Shown: positions 20,375 to 31,740 of the stretch, piece after piece | Layout: the number at the start of each line of letters is the position of its first letter | Position numbering within the stretch: the stretch's first letter is position 1 | Virus record (IMG/VR): IMGVR_UViG_3300027779_000011 | Coordinates: 94,717-158,716 of that record | Origin: a virus | DNA length: 64,000 nucleotides | Reading direction: 5' to 3' (one strand) | The notes under the pieces: model-generated | Database searches by the model: none | Seen by the model: the letters and a program-made list of their open reading frames with translations, nothing else | Told to the model about the DNA's origin: nothing | Position numbers and translations under genes: made by a program

Positions 20375-20848
20375 ATGGTAGGATTTGCTCTTGGATGGAT
20401 ATATGGCCACCTTTTTGAGTGGGCTATACACAAATACGTGCTGCACTCTAGCCGTTGTAAAAAAAAGAATAATATTTTATCATTTCATTTTTTAGAACAT
20501 CATTCTAATGCCAGGGCAAATAATTTTACAGACTCATCGTATAGCGGACTTCCAGTTAATCGGGATTCTGCAGGAAAGGAGGCCTTATCCTTGCTCTTAG
20601 TTCTTATCATACACGCTCCCTTGCTGTATATATCAAAAGGATTCTTTTTAGCGCTAATGGTTTCTTTAGCCGAATATTATTACAAGCACAGAAAGGCTCA
20701 TACCAATCCGGAGTGGGCCAGGCATAATCTTTCATGGCACTACGAGCATCACATGTGTAAGGATCAAGATTCTAACTTTGGAGTTAGGTCAGACTGGGTA
20801 GATGTATTCTTGGGAACAAGAAAATATACAATAAACAATCTAAAATAG
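20375..20848 (+). CDS. Fatty-acid hydroxylase/sterol desaturase superfamily membrane protein
   Basis: His boxes EWAIHKYVLH, EHH, KHRKAH, WHYEHH followed by NFGV; hydrophobic segments. Confidence 0.8.
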   Translation: MVGFALGWIYGHLFEWAIHKYVLHSSRCKKKNNILSFHFLEHHSNARANNFTDSSYSGLPVNRDSAGKEALSLLLVLIIHAPLLYISKGFFLALMVSLAEYYYKHRKAHTNPEWARHNLSWHYEHHMCKDQDSNFGVRSDWVDVFLGTRKYTINNLK

Positions 20849-20858
20849 GAGCTTACGT

Positions 20859-23800
20859 ATGGAAAAATCACCATTTGTTTCTTTGCACAACCATACAGAG
20901 CAGGGTTCCCCTCTTGATGGTATGAATAACATAGACGAACTTTTTAACCAAGCAAAGTCATTGGGTCATAAGGCTATTGCTATAACCGATCATGGCACAC
21001 TAACTGCGCATTATGACGCATGGAAGGCCTCTAAAAATACTGGCGTAAAGCTCATTCCGGGAATGGAGGCTTACTTTGCCCCCAGCTTGGAAGACAGAAA
21101 GTCTTATCACCTTGTTCTAATCCCAAAAAATCATAATGGGTATAAGAATATATTGAGATTAAATTATGAATCATATAAAAACCAAGTCTCTGGATATATG
21201 GGAAAAAAGACGCCCAGAATAACATGGGAGCACCTAGAGGAGTTTAATGAAGATGTTATATGCCTAACAGCATGTTCGAACGGCCCAATTGCAAAAGCAT
21301 TAATTGCGGACGAAGAAGAGAATGAGGCGATTTCGAGACTGATTAGGCTAAAGAGTATTTTTGCTGATAGGCTATATCTTGAGCTTCAGCCACACAGTTT
21401 GAAGACTGATGACGGAAAGGTTGATCAAGTAAGGTTAAATAATGCTTTGATAAAATATGCTAAAATACATAATGTAAAATATGTAGTTACGTCTGATGCC
21501 CACTATCTTGATGCCAACCATGCAAAGTATCATGATATGATGCTTGCGATAAAAGACAAGAAGGCTGTTGATGATCCAGATAGATTTCGTTATGGTGTTC
21601 AAGATATGTATCTTAAGAATCATGATGAGATAACTGAATTCTTCGGAGAAGAAATCGCTACAGAGGCTATGAGGAACTCTTCTGATATAGCAGATATGTG
21701 CGATGAGCCAGAGTATCTTGAGCCCAAAGGACCACGCCTGCCAAGATTCCCCATAGAGAGTGAGAGCGACTATGGAGAATTTAAGAAATGGACTGGCAGC
21801 GGAAAAGATGACGTTGATGAGGATAAGGCATTTCTCAGGTTTAGGTGCATGAAGAGCTTCAAAGATAAGTTTTCAGAATTAAATATTTCTGATAAAACTA
21901 AATATTGGAGCAGGGTTAAGTATGAGTTATCTATATTGGAAGCTAGAAGTTTTTCCTCATATATGCTTATTGTGTCTGATTACATAAATTGGGCTAAACA
22001 AAATAATATTCCAGTTGGCCCAGGAAGAGGCTCTGCTGGCGGAAGCCTTGTTTCTTTTTTAATTGGAATAACGTCTGTTAACCCGATGGAGTTTGGATTA
22101 TTATTTGAAAGATTTCACAACAAAGAGAAGGAATCCTTTCCGGATATAGATACGGATTTTGCAGATCCATCAAAAGTTAAGGAATATCTTAAGGGGAAGT
22201 ACGGAGAGGATAGGGTTGCATCTATATCTAACTGGTCGACCCTATCCCCTAAGGTTATAATAAAGGATGTAGCCAGGTCGCTAAGGCTAGGTGGGGATAA
22301 ATCGACTGCGTTTAAAATAGCAAACCATATAACATCTATAATGCCTGATGCGAGAAGCATAGAGGACGCCATGGAGGTTAGCAAAGAATTTAAGTCATAC
22401 ATGCTAAGGTATCCGAAGCTGTATGACTATGCGTCAAAGCTGCAGGGCCTAACAAGAAACTGGTCTGTTCATGCGGCAGGAATTGTTATATCGGATGAAC
22501 CATTATATAACTTTGTTCCGCTAAGAATTGACGAATCAGGACATCTTGTTACACAGTGGGAAAAGACGAGATGCGAAGAAAATGGCTTAATAAAGATGGA
22601 TATATTGGGGCTAAAAACCCTTACTGTTATTGACAATGTATTTAAAAATATAAAAAATACGAAAGATATAGAGATAAGTATAGAGGACATACCTATTGAT
22701 GATAAAGAAACATATGAAATGATATCAAGTGGAAATAACGCTGGAATTTTTCAGCTGGAGGCATCACTGTCTCCACTCTGCCAGAAGATAAAGCCGGTAA
22801 ATGTAAGAATGATTTCTGACATTAATGCAATGGGCAGGCCGAGCTGTTCTGCTCAGGACAGGAAGAATTACATACAGAGAAGATTCGGGATAGAAGATGT
22901 CAGTTATAGGCACTCTACACTGGAGAAGGCCTTGGGTGGTACGTATGGAGTCTCCCTCTATGAAGAGGGAATGATGGCTATAGCGAAAGATTGTGCCGGA
23001 TGGGATCTAAACCAGGCTGATGCTCTTAGAAAAATAACTAAGCAGAAGGGAAAGGACCCGGGCTTGGTCCTCAGGACAGAGGCATCTTTTTTGAAAGATT
23101 GCATGAGTAAGACAGGTATGTCTTATGAGCAGGCCAAGGATATATGGGATAATGAAATAATCCCATTTGGATTGTATGGCTTCAATAAGTCTCACTCTAT
23201 TTTATATTCTCATATATCAGTATATACGGCATGGCTAAAGAGGCACTATCCAACCGAGTTTATGTGCGCACTGCTAAATTCAGAAGATCCTAATTCTGAC
23301 AAAGCTCAGGAATATATAAATGAATGTGGATCGATGAGCATAAGCATATTGGCTCCCGATATAAACCATAGTGATGGAAACTACTCTATAAAAAGTGGCT
23401 CTGAAATCGTAACTGGGCTATCTGCTATCAAAGGACTTGGGGGTGCGGCGATAAAGGAGATGATAGGTAATAAGCCATATGATAGCTTTTCAGAATTTTT
23501 AGTTAAAAATAGCGGAAGAACGGTTGGAAAGACGGCAATACAATCCCTATCTAAGTCTGGTGCGTTTTCAACATTTGGAAGAACCAGAATGGATATTTTT
23601 GAGAATTATCAAAAGTATCGAACAAAGCTTAGGTCTGCTGTGGCAAAGGATAAAGATATTGATGATGTAGTTCTTCCGGAGTATAATGAAGAGTGGGATA
23701 GAAAGAAGCTGCTACTGTTTGAAAAAGAAGTTCTCGGCAGAACTATAAGCGGGTCCCTTCATGAGGTTTTTGATGGGTTTTTTACAAAAAGTTATTCCGT

Positions 23801-24107
23801 GACTCCATTAAAAAATATTTCACTTACCAATACTGGTGATAAAATAAAAATCGAAGTAATAGTTAATTCAAAAATAAAAGAATTTAAAATAAAGAATGGG
23901 AAGAATATAGGTAGGAAGTTTGCAAAGTATCTGGTGGAGGACGTTGATGGAGAAACTTGCGATTTGACATTGTGGGCAGATCAATACGATAGACTTAGAG
24001 CGCGGCTTGTAGACGGTATACCAATAAAGGCAATTTGTAGAATAAATGAGTATATGGGGCAGAAAAGCCTCAGCCTTGTTGAAATAGAAAGGATATATGG
24101 AGGATGA
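20859..24107 (+). CDS. dnaE: DNA polymerase III alpha subunit
   Basis: PHP domain LHNHT...LDG and ITDHG; PGRGSAGGSL; catalytic PDIDTDF; KMDILGL; YGFNKSH; C-terminal OB fold. Confidence 0.97.
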   Translation: MEKSPFVSLHNHTEQGSPLDGMNNIDELFNQAKSLGHKAIAITDHGTLTAHYDAWKASKNTGVKLIPGMEAYFAPSLEDRKSYHLVLIPKNHNGYKNILRLNYESYKNQVSGYMGKKTPRITWEHLEEFNEDVICLTACSNGPIAKALIADEEENEAISRLIRLKSIFADRLYLELQPHSLKTDDGKVDQVRLNNALIKYAKIHNVKYVVTSDAHYLDANHAKYHDMMLAIKDKKAVDDPDRFRYGVQDMYLKNHDEITEFFGEEIATEAMRNSSDIADMCDEPEYLEPKGPRLPRFPIESESDYGEFKKWTGSGKDDVDEDKAFLRFRCMKSFKDKFSELNISDKTKYWSRVKYELSILEARSFSSYMLIVSDYINWAKQNNIPVGPGRGSAGGSLVSFLIGITSVNPMEFGLLFERFHNKEKESFPDIDTDFADPSKVKEYLKGKYGEDRVASISNWSTLSPKVIIKDVARSLRLGGDKSTAFKIANHITSIMPDARSIEDAMEVSKEFKSYMLRYPKLYDYASKLQGLTRNWSVHAAGIVISDEPLYNFVPLRIDESGHLVTQWEKTRCEENGLIKMDILGLKTLTVIDNVFKNIKNTKDIEISIEDIPIDDKETYEMISSGNNAGIFQLEASLSPLCQKIKPVNVRMISDINAMGRPSCSAQDRKNYIQRRFGIEDVSYRHSTLEKALGGTYGVSLYEEGMMAIAKDCAGWDLNQADALRKITKQKGKDPGLVLRTEASFLKDCMSKTGMSYEQAKDIWDNEIIPFGLYGFNKSHSILYSHISVYTAWLKRHYPTEFMCALLNSEDPNSDKAQEYINECGSMSISILAPDINHSDGNYSIKSGSEIVTGLSAIKGLGGAAIKEMIGNKPYDSFSEFLVKNSGRTVGKTAIQSLSKSGAFSTFGRTRMDIFENYQKYRTKLRSAVAKDKDIDDVVLPEYNEEWDRKKLLLFEKEVLGRTISGSLHEVFDGFFTKSYSVTPLKNISLTNTGDKIKIEVIVNSKIKEFKIKNGKNIGRKFAKYLVEDVDGETCDLTLWADQYDRLRARLVDGIPIKAICRINEYMGQKSLSLVEIERIYGG

Positions 24108-24108
24108 T

Positions 24109-24600
24109 ATGATTATATGCCCAAAGTGTGATTTTGAGGTCTCGTACAAAATGAGGCATTCTATAGAGCTAAATTCATGCCCATCCTGTGGCAAGGTTCT
24201 TTTGAATAATATAGAGATTAGGAGAATATCTTCGATAAGCTCAAGGTTAAATTCTCAAGAATTTTCTGAAAAAATGGGAGACTCGCTGATATCTGATGTA
24301 TCATTTTTTATATATTTTCATATAGTCAAAGCCCTATCTAAAGATAATGGTGAGCAGAGCAATCCGGTCATTAAAGATAGCATAGATGACTCTGAAGGTT
24401 TGGATGACGATGATGATGATGAACTAGATCTTAAGGCAATAAGGGATGAAGTTGAGACGGAAGTGCTAATCAAAGAAGACGCTCACCCACTTGATGATGA
24501 TGAGTTGGAAGCCGACAGAGTCTCTAGGCTCAGAAGTTTGGCCAGAAAACAAAAAATGGCTTCAAAAAACCCTCTAAAGGTAAAGAGAATATCTAGTTAA
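24109..24600 (+). CDS. Zn-ribbon hypothetical protein with acidic linker
   Basis: CPKC...CPSC; GGAGG 5 nt before ATG 24109 (alternative ATG 24097). Confidence 0.65.
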   Translation: MIICPKCDFEVSYKMRHSIELNSCPSCGKVLLNNIEIRRISSISSRLNSQEFSEKMGDSLISDVSFFIYFHIVKALSKDNGEQSNPVIKDSIDDSEGLDDDDDDELDLKAIRDEVETEVLIKEDAHPLDDDELEADRVSRLRSLARKQKMASKNPLKVKRISS

Positions 24601-24601
24601 A

Positions 24602-24907
24602 ATGATTAAGGCTATTGGAAATAAAAAAATAGAACTAAGCAAAGAAGAGTATTCGTATTTTCTATCATTAAAAGATGTATTTGGAGAGAGCTCGTTTATA
24701 GGCCTGTTCGAAACAGATGATAGCGGGAGTATAACATTAATAAAGCCAGGATTGGATAATCCGACCTCTATGGCTGTTATATTTTTTCTTTTAAATGTTA
24801 TGTTAAATCAACGGTTGAGAAGGCTTGATAATAAGATTGCTAAAATTGAAAACATCGAAAGCAGAATAAGAATTCTAGAAGAGGGAACAAAAAATGAAAT
24901 CACTTAG
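24602..24907 (+). CDS. Hypothetical protein
   Basis: ORF in operon context; C-terminal coiled coil. Confidence 0.6.
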   Translation: MIKAIGNKKIELSKEEYSYFLSLKDVFGESSFIGLFETDDSGSITLIKPGLDNPTSMAVIFFLLNVMLNQRLRRLDNKIAKIENIESRIRILEEGTKNEIT

Positions 24908-25430
24908 TGAATTGATATCTATTGATAATTTTTCTATAGAAAATATAGATATAACAGAGATAAATCGCTTGGCTACTTTTTTGCCAAAAAACGGTATAAT
25001 TGATGTGAACATAGCGGAACGATGCTTGGTGTACACAGTAGAGGGCCAGAACCTATGCCAAGAGAAAATAGTTCAATTGGAAAGATGGATTGGTATAAAA
25101 GAATCTGATAAAAATAAGGCATGGTCCACAGCAGCGTTGGAAAGGGCGAAGGCCGGTGGGCTAAAAACCGTAAAGGAAAAGGAATGGTTTGCACAATCTG
25201 ATGAAGATTATATAGCGGCGTACAATAACTTAGCACTTGCTAAGGCGTCGAAGAAATGGTTTGAAAGTAAGGCTGGTTACTTTAGTACATGGCACTATGC
25301 ATTAAAGACATTTTTAAGAAGAGATTATTCTTTAGAGAGGTTGGGAGATAGTTCAAATATTAGTTTTGAGTCATCGCATGAAAATAGTCATGCAGATGAT
25401 GATATGTGTGGAGATATTGGTTGGAAGTAG
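24894..25430 (+). CDS. Hypothetical helical protein, possibly a UvsY-like recombination mediator
   Basis: KEWFAQSDEDYIAA helical pattern and position directly upstream of SSB; weak resemblance only. Confidence 0.35.
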   Translation: MKSLSELISIDNFSIENIDITEINRLATFLPKNGIIDVNIAERCLVYTVEGQNLCQEKIVQLERWIGIKESDKNKAWSTAALERAKAGGLKTVKEKEWFAQSDEDYIAAYNNLALAKASKKWFESKAGYFSTWHYALKTFLRRDYSLERLGDSSNISFESSHENSHADDDMCGDIGWK

Positions 25431-25484
25431 CCAATCTTTAATTAACAAACGTGGTAAGAAACCACAACAAAAAAGGAGATAAAA

Positions 25485-26144
25485 ATGGCGAATGTAACAT
25501 TTGGAGAAGTAGATTGGAATGCTGGAGACTCAGGGGGCTCTTCGTCTTCGGCTAGTGATTTCATGAGACTAGAGCAGGGTGAGAATGTAGTTAGGGTTAT
25601 GGGTAATCCAACTCAGTTTTATGTTCACTGGTTGACATGTTCAGATGGTAGTAAGAAAAAGGTTGTTAGCCCAATCGATAATCCAGAAATGGTAAAAAGG
25701 CTTGAAGATGCCGGATTCAAAAGACAAGCACGCTGGCTTGTTAAGGTGTTGGACCGAACAGACGATAAGTTTAAGGCACTTGAGATTGGAGCGCAAATTT
25801 ATAATGGGATTAGGGCGCTATATAACAACGAGAAGTGGGGCAAGGTGACTTCGTATGACCTAAGTGTGATGAGGGGCTCTCCCGGCCAACAGCCGTTGTA
25901 TAACGTCACTCCAAATCCGAAAGAGGATTTAGATAGCACATTTAAGACGCCATGGGTTGACTTCAATGATCGCATGAACTTTGAAAAGATAATCTCGCCA
26001 ACACCTTCAGAGGATATATGTGAGATGCTTGGATGGGCCATTTCTGATGTGAATAGCGGATCTGATGCGAATAGCGGAAGCTCAGATGAGTCTTCATCTA
26101 GCGATGAGTCTTCATCTAGTGACTTTGAGTTTGATTTTGAATAA
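25485..26144 (+). CDS. Phage single-stranded DNA-binding protein
   Basis: FMRLEQGENVVRV, YVHW, WG-x-VTSYDL...LYNVTP, and an acidic/aromatic tail DFEFDFE; strong SD and a following terminator. Confidence 0.75.
   Translation: MANVTFGEVDWNAGDSGGSSSSASDFMRLEQGENVVRVMGNPTQFYVHWLTCSDGSKKKVVSPIDNPEMVKRLEDAGFKRQARWLVKVLDRTDDKFKALEIGAQIYNGIRALYNNEKWGKVTSYDLSVMRGSPGQQPLYNVTPNPKEDLDSTFKTPWVDFNDRMNFEKIISPTPSEDICEMLGWAISDVNSGSDANSGSSDESSSSDESSSSDFEFDFE
26043..26120 (+). repeat. Two adjacent 18-nt tandem duplications in the SSB linker
   Basis: tctgatgYgaatagcgga x2 (26043-26078) and gatgagtcttcatctagY x2 (26085-26120). Confidence 0.85.
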
Positions 26145-26164
26145 TCTAACTTATTAACTCTACC

Positions 26165-26204
26165 AAAATGGGAAGATAGGCACACGCTTATCTTCCCATT
26201 TTTT
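26165..26204 (+). terminator. Rho-independent terminator after ssb
   Basis: aaaatgggaagataggc-acac-gcttatcttcccatttt stem followed by a T-run. Confidence 0.85.
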
Positions 26205-26231
26205 ATAATCATATAAAGTATAATTAAGATT

Positions 26232-26774
26232 ATGGTTAGAACTCTCGGGCTAGATATATCTTCAAGTGTTATAGGCTGGTCTGTTCTCTCGAACGAGAAC
26301 AATGTGATGTCACTTGAACAGTATGGACATATAAAGCCACCACCTTCAAAAGCTGGCAGCCTGGCATTCAGAATGAACTCCGCATTCGATAGTATGTCGG
26401 AACTGTTTAATAAAATAAATCCAGATGTAGTTGCAATAGAATCATATGCAAGTAAGTTTTCTGCAGGAAGAAGTAGCGCGAGAACCATTATAGTTTTGTC
26501 ATCATTTAATGAGATGATATCAATGGCCTGCTTAAGGGAGCTTGGCTTCGAAACAGAGAAGTATGCTGTTTCGAAGATTAGATCAATTTTATCTAAAAAA
26601 TATGGTATGAAGTTAGTTACAAAAGATGATGTGTTTGATTTAGTTAGAAATGAATTTTCTAATTTTATTATAAGGAAAAATAGGAATAATAAAGTTGCAA
26701 AAACAGTTTACGATGAGAGCGATTCGATAGCTGTAGCATTAACCAGTATTTTAATTAATAAGGGAGAATTTTAA
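26232..26774 (+). CDS. ruvC: RuvC-like Holliday junction resolvase
   Basis: LGLDISSSVIGWSV, VAIES and DESDSIAVA catalytic acidic residues. Confidence 0.85.
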   Translation: MVRTLGLDISSSVIGWSVLSNENNVMSLEQYGHIKPPPSKAGSLAFRMNSAFDSMSELFNKINPDVVAIESYASKFSAGRSSARTIIVLSSFNEMISMACLRELGFETEKYAVSKIRSILSKKYGMKLVTKDDVFDLVRNEFSNFIIRKNRNNKVAKTVYDESDSIAVALTSILINKGEF

Positions 26775-28424
<1,650 letters not shown>

Positions 28425-28445
28425 AAATAAAATTGGAGTTTATTG

Positions 28446-29597
28446 ATGCCTAAAATTATAACACAGAGTGAAGCAGAGAGAGAGATTATAAAGTTTTTTG
28501 GAGATGACACTGTATTTATGAATGGAGATATATCATCGATAGGAACATATGATGTCATAAGCACTGGAAGTGAAACTCTTGATTTCGCGATTGGAATAGG
28601 GGGAATTCCAAGAGGGAGGGTAACTCAGCTAGCAGGCCAGGAGAGCTCTGGAAAGACGATGCTCGCCCTGTCATGTATAAAAAGTTATCTAGATGAAAAC
28701 CCAGATAACACGGCATTATTTATAGATGCCGAATATACATATGATCCAGAGTGGGCGTCATCTCAGGGGGTTGATGTCTCTAGGGTTATGGTGATAAAGA
28801 CTAATGATGCAAAAAAAATATTCGAAGGGCTGATCGGAAAAGTATCTGTAAATAGCGCTACAAAGAAGGTCTCAAAGAAGATGAAGGGTATATTGGATTA
28901 CATAATAGACGGCGAAGATCCAAGGTTTAAAAATCTTGGAATAATAGTCCTAGATTCAATTGCGGTTTTAAACACCCCGCTTGAGATGGCGGCTGACATT
29001 GGAAAGGCCAATATGGCCCCAATACCGAGATTTTTATCAACAGAGTTAAAAAAATTAACACCAGTTATAGCGGAGGCTAATGTAGCCTTCGTGGGAATAA
29101 ATCAAGTGAGGGTGAATCTCGGCCAGATGTTTGGAGATCCCACAACATCTCCTGGGGGAAAGGCACTCAAGCACGCGTGCAGCCTTATGATTAATATGGC
29201 TCCAATATTTAGATCTGAAACTGTCATAAACGACAGCTCTGGAGATCGGGTTGGACACATGGTTCGCGCAAAGATTGGGAAAAACAAAGTTGGAACCCCA
29301 TTCAGAAAGGCAGAGTATAGCGTGAAGTATTCAGAAGGAATTGTGAATCAAAATATAGAGGCTTTGGATCTGGGAGTTAAGTTTTCCATAGTTGAAAGGC
29401 CAAATAACAGAAATTATATTATATATGGTGAGAAAATACTTGGAAGAGATAATGCCATTAAGTATTTGGATGAAAATACAGAAGTGGCAAATAGAATTTT
29501 CTCTGAAGTAAGGGGGATATACTTGGGTAGGAGCTATATTAGTGCCCCATCACATGAAGAGCCTGATGAAGAAAACCCATTAGTTGCTTCGCTTTAA
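28446..29597 (+). CDS. recA: RecA recombinase
   Basis: ISTGSETLDFAIGIGGIPRGR, Walker A GQESSGKT, FIDAE, VLDSIA, INQVR, PGGKALKH, KNKVG. Confidence 0.95.
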   Translation: MPKIITQSEAEREIIKFFGDDTVFMNGDISSIGTYDVISTGSETLDFAIGIGGIPRGRVTQLAGQESSGKTMLALSCIKSYLDENPDNTALFIDAEYTYDPEWASSQGVDVSRVMVIKTNDAKKIFEGLIGKVSVNSATKKVSKKMKGILDYIIDGEDPRFKNLGIIVLDSIAVLNTPLEMAADIGKANMAPIPRFLSTELKKLTPVIAEANVAFVGINQVRVNLGQMFGDPTTSPGGKALKHACSLMINMAPIFRSETVINDSSGDRVGHMVRAKIGKNKVGTPFRKAEYSVKYSEGIVNQNIEALDLGVKFSIVERPNNRNYIIYGEKILGRDNAIKYLDENTEVANRIFSEVRGIYLGRSYISAPSHEEPDEENPLVASL

Positions 29598-29612
29598 TAA
29601 GGACGATAAGAA

Positions 29613-29972
29613 ATGCTTGTAAATTGTAATGTCGGATGTAAGCTTGGCATAACCACTACTATTGCAAAATTAGATATGGATACCAATCAGGCTATATGCA
29701 TGGAGTGTGGGTATGAGATTTTAAATATGTCTTACTTCTCCAAACAAAATATGAAAAATAGTGGAGACATTATAAGCAAAAGGAAAAATAGGGCTTTTTC
29801 TTTTCAGTGTATTACTTGTGAAACAATCGTCGAAACAATGTATTCAGATGATGGTATAATTGGGGTTGGATGTGATAACGGAGATTGTTCTTTTAAGATT
29901 CCATCGCCAATGATCGAAGCCTTAAAGCATAACAGAAACTATAAAGAAGAGGGCACCCAAGAGGATGAGTAA
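29613..29972 (+). CDS. Cys-rich (double Zn-ribbon) hypothetical protein
   Basis: CNVGC, CMEC, CITC, CDNGDC; overlaps the start of the primase gene. Confidence 0.65.
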   Translation: MLVNCNVGCKLGITTTIAKLDMDTNQAICMECGYEILNMSYFSKQNMKNSGDIISKRKNRAFSFQCITCETIVETMYSDDGIIGVGCDNGDCSFKIPSPMIEALKHNRNYKEEGTQEDE

Positions 29973-30714
29973 TTATCTTGAAATTTTGGCTAACATATGT
30001 CATTCAAATTTGAAAAACTCAAAGAAGTCTATGGAATATTTGAGAACCGGCAGGGGTATTAGCGATGATATTATAAAATTATATAGCATCGGGTATTTTC
30101 CTCAGAACCTTGAAAAAATATACGACTATATACCAGAAGAGTTTTTAATAAAACTAAATATATCTAGAAACAGGGCGGGCAGCCAGTTTTCGGATTATTT
30201 CTCTTTGGTCTTCCCAATAACCTCAGAGTACGGCAAAGTTGTCGGAATAAGCGGCAGAACATTAATTGATGAAGAGCAAAGAAGTTTTATAAAAATACCA
30301 AAGTATAAAAATAGTTCATATAAAAAATCAAATTATTTTTTCGGATTAGACAAAGCAAAAGAACATATTGTTAGGGAAAATTCAGTTTATGTAGTCGAAG
30401 GATATTTTGACCAGATATCAATGTTTCAGTATGGTATAAAAAATTGTGTAGCGATATGTGGAACATCTTTTTCAAAAAATCATTTTATAAAGTTATCTAG
30501 ATATTGTGATAAAATAATATTTATTTTAGACAATGATGATGCGGGAATGGATTCTTCATTGAGAATATATGATAAATATATTAATAAAGGAATTAAAATT
30601 AGGTTAAAAAATATTCCTAGTCGGTATAAAGATGTTGATGAGTATTTTGCTAATCATGGTAATTCAAAAGAATCTTTTTTAAAAGATGCAGTAAGTTACG
30701 TTCCAAATTTTTAA
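29965..30714 (+). CDS. dnaG: DnaG primase catalytic core (TOPRIM), lacking the Zn-binding domain
   Basis: YL-x-x-GRGIS, FPI...VVGISGR, PKYKNS, VVEGYFD, LDNDDAG, KDVDEY. Confidence 0.9.
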   Translation: MSNYLEILANICHSNLKNSKKSMEYLRTGRGISDDIIKLYSIGYFPQNLEKIYDYIPEEFLIKLNISRNRAGSQFSDYFSLVFPITSEYGKVVGISGRTLIDEEQRSFIKIPKYKNSSYKKSNYFFGLDKAKEHIVRENSVYVVEGYFDQISMFQYGIKNCVAICGTSFSKNHFIKLSRYCDKIIFILDNDDAGMDSSLRIYDKYINKGIKIRLKNIPSRYKDVDEYFANHGNSKESFLKDAVSYVPNF

Positions 30715-30724
30715 AGATAGTAGT

Positions 30725-31150
30725 ATGGGAAACAGTAAGTCATATCAGTACAAAATCGTAGAAATATCCTTTGATCAATCAAAGTTGAATAATTTTTCAA
30801 CTGAGAGATCCATAGGTAATGTTCTGTCTGATAACCAATTTTCAGAAGAGATTCAGGAATTGCGAGAAGACCTCTTGGATGAGATTTATTCTATTATAAA
30901 CGGAAACTATCTAACGGAACATCAGAAGAAAATATTATTTATGAGGCTTATGGGGAAGACGCAGAATGATATAGCGGAACATCTTGGCATTACACAATCT
31001 GCCGTGCATAAGGCTATGCATGGAAATATAGATTATAAGAATAATAAAAAAAGATATGGTGGAATAGTTAAAAAATTGAAGAAAATATGTACAACTAATC
31101 CTAACATTCAGAGTATTTTAGAAAGAATAGAAGAAGTAAGAAGTATTTAA
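30725..31150 (+). CDS. Sigma-70 region-4-like HTH protein
   Basis: LTEHQKKILFMRLMGKTQNDIAEHLGITQSAVHK. Confidence 0.75.
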   Translation: MGNSKSYQYKIVEISFDQSKLNNFSTERSIGNVLSDNQFSEEIQELREDLLDEIYSIINGNYLTEHQKKILFMRLMGKTQNDIAEHLGITQSAVHKAMHGNIDYKNNKKRYGGIVKKLKKICTTNPNIQSILERIEEVRSI

Positions 31151-31153
31151 ATA

Positions 31154-31160
31154 TACTAAT
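31154..31160 (+). promoter_or_regulatory. TACTAAT candidate late-promoter element at the start of the head block
   Basis: The same heptamer recurs upstream of several structural-block genes (37935, 37942, 47685, 54976, 58202, 61847). Confidence 0.55.
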
Positions 31161-31248
31161 TAAATTATAATTAACTAGAAGTTCAGACTTGTGTATAATT
31201 TATTTTCTATTAATAAATAAAACAAATTTTGTAGGAGTATCATAAGAA

Positions 31249-31722
31249 ATGTCAATAGATAAAGCGCTTATAGATTTTTTTGAAAAAAAGAGTAAGAATT
31301 TAGCATCTAAAAATAGAATTAAATACTCAGAAGACATTCTTATAAAGAAGATTGCCTTTGATTATTTCAAAGTTGATAATGACCCATATGAAGGCCTCTG
31401 GAAGATGGAGGAGCGCGATGGAGAAAAGTATTTAGTAAGAAGTTCCGAGGCGGACAGTCATCAAAAGACAATTGGTGATTGGACCGCAGTTAGCGATCAT
31501 TCGAAATCAAATATTACTTTGGCGTATAAGAGCGTTCCAGTAGCTCTATTATCGTCCAGCGAATATAAATTTGACAAAGAAAGCATAATGACCTTCAAGT
31601 CTGCACTGCTAGATATCATTGGTAAGGATGATGGCGTGGTTAAGGATATACTAGGTCTGCAACCAAGGGCTAAAACCGAAGCTTTGTATAATACGTTTCC
31701 GGAGTTAAAAAAGTTTCTATAA
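31249..31722 (+). CDS. Hypothetical protein (head block)
   Basis: SD AGGAG; contains IKKIA. Confidence 0.7.
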   Translation: MSIDKALIDFFEKKSKNLASKNRIKYSEDILIKKIAFDYFKVDNDPYEGLWKMEERDGEKYLVRSSEADSHQKTIGDWTAVSDHSKSNITLAYKSVPVALLSSSEYKFDKESIMTFKSALLDIIGKDDGVVKDILGLQPRAKTEALYNTFPELKKFL

Positions 31723-31740
31723 AATGGGATGAACTAAAGA

